NCBI GenBank assembly: GCA_043228905.1
Contig: JBHGNT010000004.1
Coordinates: 11,966,001 to 12,030,000 of the forward strand
Reading direction: 5' to 3'
Source of the DNA: Azolla caroliniana
Taxonomy: Eukaryota > Plantae > Polypodiophyta
DNA: 64,000 nucleotides
The translations under genes were made by a program, and so were the position numbers. Within the stretch, counting starts at the first letter, position 1; each line of letters opens with the position of its first letter. Below the pieces are notes generated by a model. It had not been told where the DNA came from and searched no databases. It worked only from the letters and a program-made list of their open reading frames with translations. Shown piece by piece: positions 25,201 through 34,552 of this stretch.

Positions 25201-26334
25201 GGCTAATATCAGGTTCAGACGAACTTCCGGAACGTGTCGGGCATCCTTCAGCAACAACTTGCATCCGGTTGGTGTTGTCAGCCACACGTCTCCTATGCCG
25301 ACAATTCGGCATGTTCCTTCATTCCCCATCCGGACACAGCCGTGATCACCGGCTGAATAGGATGAGAAGCATTTCTGGTCCGGGGTAAGGTGGAACGACG
25401 CTCCGGAGTCTACCACCCAGTTCGTCTCGTCGCCGGCAAGGTTTATCTCACTCTCCTCGGTGATGAGCATCAACTCTTCTTCACTTGCCGCGATTGCCGT
25501 CGTTCCCTTCCGGTCTGGCCCCCTCCGGTCTTTACCGTTCCGGTCCGGGGTTCGCTTCGAATCGGTACCGTCGGTCTCCTTATCTTTTCGGAAATGCCGA
25601 CGGTTCTTTTGGAAGTGTCCCGGCTTGCCGCAATAGAAGCAAGTGGGCCTCCCCCTTGACTTTGACCGTGTCCCCAACTTCTCCCGGTTCTGGGGACTAC
25701 GGTTTCTATGTCTTCCGCGTTCCAATTCGGTAAGGAGCGCTTTGGAGTCGGAGCTCGTATCTTTATCTTTCCGACGCGCCTCCTCATCTAGCAAGCTCGA
25801 CTTTACTCTTGCTAGGGATAACCGTTTTCCTTCCGGCCCGACGTTGCCCAAAGTGACAACCAACGTCTCCCAGCTATCCGGGAGGGAACCGAGCAGGAGT
25901 AGCGCTAGTACCTCATCGACGAGAGGTACTTCCAATGAAGTTGCCTGGTGGATCAGCCCCTGCAAGGCATTCATGTGCTCCGCCATGCTGGAGCCATCTT
26001 GGTACCGGAGTCTTACTAGCTTCCGGAATATCGAAACCTTATTAACAACATTTTTGTTTTGAAACATTATGCTGATCTTCTCCCAGAGCTCATGAGCCTT
26101 GCTCTCTTCATTGAAGTTGTTGTACAGGCTCATGTCAATGAAGCACCGTATGTACGCCGTTGTCTTCATGTGCATCACCTCCCATATCACGGCGTCAATT
26201 TTGTCTGGTCTCTTGTCCTCGAACTGAACCGGCAGCCAAAGGTCTTTAACCACGAGCATGTCCCTCATCTTCGACTTCCATACTGAATAGTTGGAGCCGG
26301 TGAGCTTGAACATGCCACCAAACGATTCGTCCAT
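22284..26334 (-). pseudogene. Copia F gag-pol, broken by frameshifts (~24100, ~23154) and a stop (~22536)
   Basis: ORFs 24049-26334, 23154-24113 and 22536-23153 are collinear with the C polyprotein. The RT motif reads YVDG instead of YVDD. Confidence 0.93.
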
Positions 26335-26818
26335 TTTCTGTGTCGTTTCGCTCTGATACCACTTGATGGGAACTCAACGCTCCTTATACGCAACGCTCGG
26401 CCACAACCGAGCTTCGAATCATACACAGAAAACAGGAAACGGAAAAGCACGACACAAAGGAGAGAAAAGGTACACAGGAGGTTTACGTGGAAAACCCCAA
26501 ACTAGGGGAAAAACCACGGCAGCCCACAGGCTACAAACTATCACTATGATGGAATGTACAACAGTGAGTTTACTGAGGCACCGACCTTGTGCTCACAGAT
26601 CTTCGCCACAGGCGGCGGTTACAACAGAGGCAACGACCTCTTTCTCTCTCTCTCTCTCTCTCTCTCTGTACAGTTACGCACACTCTCTATTCTTGCACCA
26701 ACAAGAATGACAACAACCACAATAAGTTTGCCCTAAGTCATATTTATACTAATATGACTTTTCGACTATTTACAAATATAGCCTCGATGGACTCTCAGAA
26801 ACATATTTGCGAATATGT

Positions 26819-27155
26819 CTCTTCATCCGGTTCTCACCGGGTTTGCACCATCCGGCTCTCCGTAGCCGGGTACTCTTCATCCGGTTCTCACCGGGTCTGC
26901 ACCATCCGGCTCTCCATAGCCGGGTACTCTTCATCCGGTTCTCACCGGGTCTGCACCATCCGGCTCTCCGTAGCCGGGTACTCTTCATCCGGTTCTCACC
27001 GGGTCTGCACCATCCGGCTCTCCATAGCCGGGTACTCTTCATCCGGTTCTCACCGGGTCTGCACCATCCGGCTCTCCGTAGCCGGGTACTCCTCATCCGG
27101 TTCTCACCGGGTCTGCACCATCCGGCTCTCCGTAGCCGGGTACTCCTCATCCGGT
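26819..27155. repeat. Six copies of a 54-bp CCGG-rich unit in the 5' LTR of F (three copies at ~22048-22220 in the 3' LTR)
   Basis: Unit TCTTCATCCGGTTCTCACCGGGTCTGCACCATCCGGCTCTCCGTAGCCGGGTAC. The 168-bp LTR length difference equals 3x54 plus 6 bp of (TC)n. Confidence 0.95.
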
Positions 27156-27526
27156 TCATCAACACTGTTCTTCTCCCTTCCCATCCGGAGGGACCTGTCT
27201 CCCAACAAGAACCAAGGGGGGGAGATGAGCAGATAAAGGAAGCCGAGCTGACCGAAGGAGTCGAACGGATAACCGAATCGGTGTCTAGATGATATCCGGA
27301 ACCAGGAGCCGGATCGGATTGAAACCGGTAGGCCGTTAGAGGCCTATGGATCCAGCCTAGTACGTAGGCATATTTTTGGGAGTCAGTGACAGTCGCTCAT
27401 ATGAGTATTGAAGTACCTGTCAGTATTTTTGTCATTCCTTTATGGACTTGTATAAAAGTGCTCTCTGAGCACATTCTATGTACAGAATATTTGAGAGTAT
27501 TATTTTGAATTGAATTGTGTTTATGT

Positions 27527-27599
<73 letters not shown>

Positions 27600-27704
27600 G
27601 TGTATGCTTATTCTCTGTGTTAAGCTTCCATTAAACCTTCTTCTCTTACTGTTACTATCCGGCAGAGCCGGTTTGGCATACGCTTCCTCACGCTAACTTT
27701 CACA

Positions 27705-28760
27705 TTATGAAACCAAAAAATATATCACATAATTCATGTGAAAGTGAGTAGTGATTTTTTATGTTCTAGAATGTCATTAATGAATGTCACAATTGAAAGT
27801 GTACATAATTATTGTGAGAGAAATTTGTGCAAGGATTGGGTTTGGTCGAAGATGTGTGAGCATAGTCGATTGCGATCAAAGGCAAAGGGCATTGTATCAA
27901 ACTATGATACTCAAACTCCCAAAGTAGTTTAGATCACTTGTGCCCAACATCCTCATATGACATCAAAGTCAATGTAAATTAAATCATACGGAAGGAATCG
28001 TTCGGATGACAAATTTGAGATGGGCCTAGCATGTATTCATGTGTGCAGTTTCCCCCTTTGGTGAAGAATGTGGCTTTGTAAGTTAGTTTTAACATATGTT
28101 GATGAGGGGTTGTAGGATTCTAATCGTGAAACAAGTGTGTTGCATCATCCCACTTTCCAAACCATTTGTCCATATTTTTCATCTAACCGGAACACAAAAT
28201 TTTGTTTTTATGTGTCTTTGGATCTTTTTGCCTGATTCCTATGTATTTCTAGGAAATCGATGTGAGCGACATCCTTGAACCTCCAATATGTTCATCAACC
28301 ATTTCGATGGCCATGACCTCAGAGGGAAGTGATTCTATCTCAAGAGTAAGATAAGAGGGTGTATGCCATTTGTTTCTTGACTTGGAGAAACCTTGTAGGA
28401 AAATGCTTTTTGGACATTTTTCAAACTCTTTCCGAGTGGCCTTATGCATGCTAGCACCCCATATTTCCACCCACAAAGAAGTACTAATGTTGTCTTTAAG
28501 GACCCAACATTTAACCATGTGTTCTCAAATGTAATATGTTTTCTTTCTTGCTATGTAGCACATTCATGCTATCTATGATTTGAGGGAGGGAACTCAAGGC
28601 CAAGGAATTTAGGGCTTTCCGGGGTTTCGAGTGGCTCATTATTGTAGATATTGCATGGTTTATCCCTAATTTTATTCATGACAAGCATAATCTTCATTTT
28701 AGAGATATGGGGCAGACAGACACTCAACTTAATAGGCATCCAAAACTCGTTCCAATAATG
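27705..28760 (-). mobile_element. Degenerate LINE 3' fragment (RTEX-like), host of copia D
   Basis: Collinear similarity to 59340-60945 (e.g. GTGAAAGTGAGTAG, KFLGLEFPPSNHR versus KYLGLEVPSNHRW). Confidence 0.8.
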
Positions 28761-29151
28761 TATCCCCGGTCCCCGGAAGCTATAGAGAGGCTCGTCACTA
28801 TTCGACCTCAGGTTCATAAATGTGAAGAGAGAGTGAATCTAGGGCTTGGACGACCCTGAACTGTTCTTGGGAATCTCGGATGATCAGGGCCGTCCAAGCA
28901 CAGAAAAAAAGATAAAGCAAAAAAAAAGAAAAAGACCTCGAAGAAAGTAAAAAAAGTAGAAAAATAGAAAAAGAAGAAGAAGAGAGAGAAAACTTTTTGG
29001 GGGAAATTCAAAATTGTGTGTGAAAATCCCCTCTCTCTCTATGGTTTTCTATTTTTATTTCTCTATTTCCCTTGCATTTCTCTGCATTTTCTTTTCTCTA
29101 TTTTTATTTTTCTCTTTCCCTTCCCTTTCTTTGCGTTTTCTTTCTCTGAGT

Positions 29152-29406
29152 TGAAACTCTTTCTCATGTTCAAATCCCTTTCTCTCTTTCCCTCCCCCAA
29201 ATCAGAGTTGAAACAAGCAAAAGAATGCAGCTCTTTCTATATGCATATAGGGCACTTGAAATCTCTTTCTCATGTTCAAATCCCTTTCTCTCTTTCCCTC
29301 CCCCAAATCAGAGTTGAAACAAGCAAAAGAATGCTGCTCTTTCTATATGCATATAGGGCACTTGAAATCTCTTTCTCATGTTCAAATCCCTTTCTCTCTT
29401 TCCCTC
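29152..29406. repeat. 106-bp tandem repeat (~2.4 copies) in the MULE left subterminal region
   Basis: TTCTCATGTTCAAATCCC recurs at 29161, 29267 and 29373. Each full unit holds the palindrome CTATATGCATATAG. Confidence 0.9.
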
Positions 29407-30333
29407 ACTTAACCGCCCATCTTCATGATGCTTCCCATCCTCATCGATACCCCCTAAATAACCTTGGAATAGAGACCACTCTACCCATGAGCTCCCTTAG
29501 CTCATTGAGGAAACGAAGATGCATCGACACATCCTTGTTTTAATGAGGAAGCCGTGACTGACTGTTCTGAGTTGATGAGCTATTTTGGTTGTATTGTTGT
29601 TCAACAACATCTCGTATGTCTCTTGCGTTCTAACAAGAACAGGGCTAACCTCTGTTAGTCTTTGTATTTTATTAACTTAGCGCAGTTAATCAAAGCTCTG
29701 TTTGAAGACGACACAAGAGAAAACATGGTTCTCTCCTGACTCCAGTTCCCAACTATATGATTGGCAGATCTGTTCTATAGAGGTGTTCTGTAGACCTGCA
29801 TATCTGGCTAAATCTATTTCTATTGGATGTGAAGAGGTTTTGAGCTGCCATGTGATACATCATTGAAAACATTCTTGCATGAGTATACCAATAATGAGTA
29901 CCTACATACCTAGCATTTTGTTTTGATTATGTAAGCGCCCATCTTGAGTACCCTTGCATAAAGATCTCCCAAATACATTGGACACCAATCACCATGGTCA
30001 CAATAGGGTCTGCTTTCATATATGCTCAAATAATATCATGGGGCATTGATGTATCGCTCCTTATCATGAAGGCAACCATTCCCCTATATTGTCTAGTTAT
30101 GTATCCTATGAAGGCTCGGTCCCCAAATTTCTATTCAATAGAAAGAGTCGGTGTTACAATTGTAAGCAAACAAACATAATTCAGTTCATGGTTCTTGGAA
30201 TGGGAGATGTGCTCAGTTGTCATCTAAGGACACCAAAAGCAGCATACCATGAGAATGTCAAGCATAGGCAGCTTCCATGCTCTCATATATTTTTTCAAAG
30301 AACAAGCATACCTCTGCTTTAAATTTAGCCAAC

Positions 30334-30384
<51 letters not shown>

Positions 30385-31414
30385 GGAACCCAGGTTGACA
30401 TCATTAGCACTTCCTAAAGCAACATGGATGCAAAAGGAATTTGTTTTGCTTTGCCACAATTACAATAATGAGCTCTCACAAATTTCCTTCCTATGCAAGA
30501 GTCCTATGCAAGAGTTATAATGCAATCAAAATTCAAACTGTGTTAGGGTGCTGCAAATTTGTTGATTGTTTCAAGGCCCTTCACCTGTTGATAAAGGTTC
30601 ACCCTTACAACACTATAATTTCTGAAGGTTGAACAATAGAAAGAGTCCTTTATCATCCCTTTGTGTCTTAACATCATTACCATACATTTCATACAGATGA
30701 TTGGTTGCTTCAAATGGATCTCCAAAGAACAACCTCAAACAAGAGTTCAAACATTAAATAATCACTATCAAAAAAGCATCCTTCCGAGCTTCACATATAT
30801 AACATAGACATTAATAAGACTTAATGATGCATATTACGTAGCTCTCCAATGAATCGATGCATGAAATTTAAAACTTTAACAAATTGTGTGCCTACCAAAG
30901 AGATCATTTCAGGAATTAGACAAGACCATACTACATATATCTCACGCAATGCATCATTGCATAAAACCATACATGACCACACAACATAAATATATTCAAA
31001 AGTGAAGATACAAAGTGAAGAAAGTTTACGCAAATATGTCATTAACGCATGAAACCATTACATAACACTCAATACACAATATTCGAGTTTGAGTATTTAC
31101 AAAAATTGTAATTGAAGATACAATATGGCAGATTGTGTATTTATAGAAGTTGAGACTGAAGATACACTATTCAGAGTTTGTGTATTTACAATATAATCCA
31201 AAATTTAAATTGTCGATAAATATCCGAGTTGGAAAAAGGCATCCAAATTTTCTCATGCCCATGAACCTACAAAAGGCACCAAACAAGGTTACCAGTCAAC
31301 AATGTACAAATACGAAAGCTGCAAATGAGAAACAATATAGATTTAGGAATGAGAATCAAACCTGGCAAAACTGAATCACACCATAGTCTGAACAGATCTG
31401 TTTAAACAATAAAG

Positions 31415-34400
31415 CTATGTAGCAAGAATTCTAACTTTAGAAGCATAAATATTAGTGGTAGATACTCCATTGCTATTTGTTATTGTGAACCATCGTTCTC
31501 CCCCATTATCTGGGTAATGAACATCAACAATCATAGCACTTGTTATGCACTCTGCCCCATCATCAATCAATATACATTTTCCCTTCAAAGCTTTCATAGC
31601 GATCGAAATGTCACCATGATTATGATTTAACGGCAACATGCTATCACAATGATTGCAATGTGATGTTTGATTTTTATCTAATATTAGGACCAAAGAATTA
31701 CAATGCATACATCGAACCTTCATACGTCTCGGTAGACGAACTCGCTTTCGACATCCTTGTATGCCCCATCCATGCCTTCTTGTACCTTTATCCTTATTGT
31801 TAGGAGCTACCCCGATATCTTCGAAAGCTACTACATTGCTAACAATGGGCCTTTTGTTGCCATAGGGGTTTTCAATAACATTTTGTTGCAAACCTCTAAT
31901 ACTCTCATTTTGAGGCAGATCTTTCATCAAAGGAGAAATATCAGACCTCATTTGCTGACAAAATGCAAGCATACTTTCATTCCAAACATTAACATCCTCT
32001 TTAGACATAGAATGTAGACACTCTTCAAAATTCCTTATTGTTTCCTTAACAAGAGAAATAGTTGCAAATATAGACTCATCATGGCCACCCTCAAAGTTGG
32101 CATTTGCATCTTGACCACGCATTTCTAATGCATCATCAATAAGATGTAGCTCCTTTCTTGAGTCAGGCATGTGTTGTTCAATAAATAATCTAATACACAT
32201 CAAGTGCTTGCATTTACATGCATAATCATCGCAATCACAAAAAGAAGCTTGAAAATATACATTATACCACGTATCTTCCTTCGACATGCTTAAAACTCTA
32301 AAATACAATCTTGTCTCATCCATTACCTGAATAGTTGTTGGATTTGCAACATATCGCTCAATTATCTTTTCTGCCTCTCTCATTCTATTAGCCTCATCTT
32401 TACAATTGGCTCGAGGCAAGAATCTTCCACTATCACTTAGTTCTTGTTTTTGTTTAAACCATTCAAGAACGGTACCGCCCATCCATGACCCTGTCACACT
32501 ATCACCTATTAATGCATGTACCAAGTCAGTAATGGGTCGATTTATCCTTCCTTTAAACGCAGTGTACTTGATGTATTGCCAATGTCTCTCTACAATATTT
32601 GTAGTGTTCACATGGCCATATGAAAACATCCTTCCGAACTTGGGCCAAGTTTTTTTCCACGTATCATTACACCAACAGTTTTTTATGTAAAGGCAAACAT
32701 TTTTATGTTCTTTGTATACTTCCAAGATTGAACCATACACCTGATTAAATTCTTCCTCTTTGCTACAATACATGAGCCGACACATATGATCATACAATTT
32801 GTCTCTTTCCATGCCATGAACTTTTGGCAATAGATGTTCAACCCAAGCCTTCTTCACATGGAACCAACATAGCAAAATCAAGCAAGATGTTTGTTGTCGT
32901 TTACCATTCACTATCTCCCAACAACCTGAATCAACTTCAATAACATTTTTCAATGCGATGTATTCAGTCCAACACTTATCTATTACCAATGCTTTAGGTC
33001 TAACACCTTCCATTTTTTCAAATATGATCTTTAAAGTCATTTCTAGCGCAAGTTGTTCATGTTGAGATCCCGTGTCATTGGTGCAAAGCATGTACCACAA
33101 CGGGATGCCAACACCATGCTCATTTGGTGCAACCGCAGCATATAAAGGCAATCCAAATACATTAGTCTTAAATGTAGAATCAATTGCCCAAGCATTATTC
33201 TTTGAAAGGCGAATACACATGTTTAACATCCACTTATCTTGCATTATCAAAACAAATGGTTGTTTTCCAGGCATATATGGTTCAACATATGCTACTTTAC
33301 CTTGTTCCTTCAATGCATATGCTTCTTGCATCATCAAAACCCAATCATCTACTGCTATCGCTTTTTTAATATTCAATTTGCTCGCCATGTTATGAACCTC
33401 CTTCGTGAGCATGAAAAACCTAAACACAACTCTCTCAACAAGACTCACTTTGGCCTTATGGATAAGAGCTTTTCTCATGCTTATCCGTGCTACATGCCTC
33501 GCACACCCAATGTCAAAAAGATCATCCATACAACATTTAATGACATTTGGATGCACCTTTAAATGGTATACCTCATGTGGTGCACTTGGGTCATGGCCAC
33601 TATGTTGATTGTATACAACAATGGAGAGTTGTTTTCGGTCTCCAATTAACCTATGAACATTCACACGAAAAGTGCATCCACATCGTTTGGTAGTCTTACA
33701 TCGACGAATGCATTTGCTACCCCTTCTTGATTCTCCCCCACGATGACAAATATAACTTTCTAGATATTTGGCATTTGTATGACACTTCTTTAAGCATGTG
33801 GAGTACTTAACTTGAATGTCATCTAATACCTCCCTCAACATGGATTCTTCTACTACATACTCTTCATTTGGGGCGTTACTTGTATAATGATGTTGCATGT
33901 CTAAAGGGGTTGTTTTTTGTATGTTTTGACATCCACATTTCTCAATGCATGCTTTCACATATACCCTTGATAACCCATGATATCGTGTGTCTATGGACCA
34001 ACCTTTTTTAATTTCTTGCAATGTATCTTTTAACCCCAAATGACGAGTTTTAACATGGGCATTTGCCACTATTTCTTCCCATTGTTCAACATAGGGTATC
34101 CTCAAATTAGGAGAATCCTTTAAATATATTTCTTTATCTTCCATTAACACTAATCCTTGTTTCATTCTTTTCCATGATCTAAGATCCACTATCACTCCGT
34201 CATTGGCATCTCTCAATACCGCAAGTGATATATTACAAAGGCCTAATATATCACTAACCATTAATTGATAACATGCTTTATTAAAGGTAAAAAAACCCTT
34301 AGGCATAAATAAGCGTGCGTCGGGATATTTCACAAGATCTATATTCATTGGATTGACATTATCACTATCCATTGAGTCATCATCACTAGCAGTCTCACTT

Positions 34401-34552
34401 GTTGTGTGTGCATCTGAATTGACAGAATCACTAGTGGTATAAATATCACTCTCATCTAATGACACCCATGCATCATGCGAAGCATTCGTATCGTGTTCCT
34501 CAATTGCATAAGAGGTAGAACAATGTGATGGACTTCTATTTAAGTCGAACAT
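31415..34552 (-). CDS. MULE-type DDE transposase, 1045 aa (HHCC zinc module, WRKY/GCM1-like DNA-binding domain, DDE core, SWIM finger, C-terminal C4 motif)
   Basis: AIDSTFKTN (D1), LVIDK (D2), LCWFH (CxxH), TTNIVE (E), SWIM CDC...CKH and YICHRGG...RCGC...HSGH. No stops. Confidence 0.92.
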   Translation of the reverse strand: MFDLNRSPSHCSTSYAIEEHDTNASHDAWVSLDESDIYTTSDSVNSDAHTTSETASDDDSMDSDNVNPMNIDLVKYPDARLFMPKGFFTFNKACYQLMVSDILGLCNISLAVLRDANDGVIVDLRSWKRMKQGLVLMEDKEIYLKDSPNLRIPYVEQWEEIVANAHVKTRHLGLKDTLQEIKKGWSIDTRYHGLSRVYVKACIEKCGCQNIQKTTPLDMQHHYTSNAPNEEYVVEESMLREVLDDIQVKYSTCLKKCHTNAKYLESYICHRGGESRRGSKCIRRCKTTKRCGCTFRVNVHRLIGDRKQLSIVVYNQHSGHDPSAPHEVYHLKVHPNVIKCCMDDLFDIGCARHVARISMRKALIHKAKVSLVERVVFRFFMLTKEVHNMASKLNIKKAIAVDDWVLMMQEAYALKEQGKVAYVEPYMPGKQPFVLIMQDKWMLNMCIRLSKNNAWAIDSTFKTNVFGLPLYAAVAPNEHGVGIPLWYMLCTNDTGSQHEQLALEMTLKIIFEKMEGVRPKALVIDKCWTEYIALKNVIEVDSGCWEIVNGKRQQTSCLILLCWFHVKKAWVEHLLPKVHGMERDKLYDHMCRLMYCSKEEEFNQVYGSILEVYKEHKNVCLYIKNCWCNDTWKKTWPKFGRMFSYGHVNTTNIVERHWQYIKYTAFKGRINRPITDLVHALIGDSVTGSWMGGTVLEWFKQKQELSDSGRFLPRANCKDEANRMREAEKIIERYVANPTTIQVMDETRLYFRVLSMSKEDTWYNVYFQASFCDCDDYACKCKHLMCIRLFIEQHMPDSRKELHLIDDALEMRGQDANANFEGGHDESIFATISLVKETIRNFEECLHSMSKEDVNVWNESMLAFCQQMRSDISPLMKDLPQNESIRGLQQNVIENPYGNKRPIVSNVVAFEDIGVAPNNKDKGTRRHGWGIQGCRKRVRLPRRMKVRCMHCNSLVLILDKNQTSHCNHCDSMLPLNHNHGDISIAMKALKGKCILIDDGAECITSAMIVDVHYPDNGGERWFTITNSNGVSTTNIYASKVRILAT

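Larger units (their letters stand above)
21598..27207 (-). mobile_element. Full-length Ty1/copia element F (relative of C), 5610 bp
   Basis: LTRs at 21598-22273 (676 bp) and 26364-27207 (844 bp). AGAAC TSD at 21593-21597 and 27208-27212. PBS at 26350-26361. PPT from 22274. Confidence 0.97.
14375..27704 (+). mobile_element. Degenerate Ty1/copia element D (protease-integrase-RT-RNase H, 3' LTR 27226-27704), host of B', a hAT-like insert, E and F
   Basis: WYVDSEAS, integrase and RT remnants run 14375-16983. RT resumes at 20761 (LYKFGMTEC) through RNase H to 21597. PPT at ~27214-27225. The LTR is similar to 62325-62776 and to the E LTRs. Confidence 0.85.

Noticed and set aside
26589-27292. Repetitive ORFs of 130-215 aa on both strands (also 3176-3730, 7917-8654, 21823-22443)
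   Set aside because: By-products of stop-free 54-bp repeats and LTR sequence.
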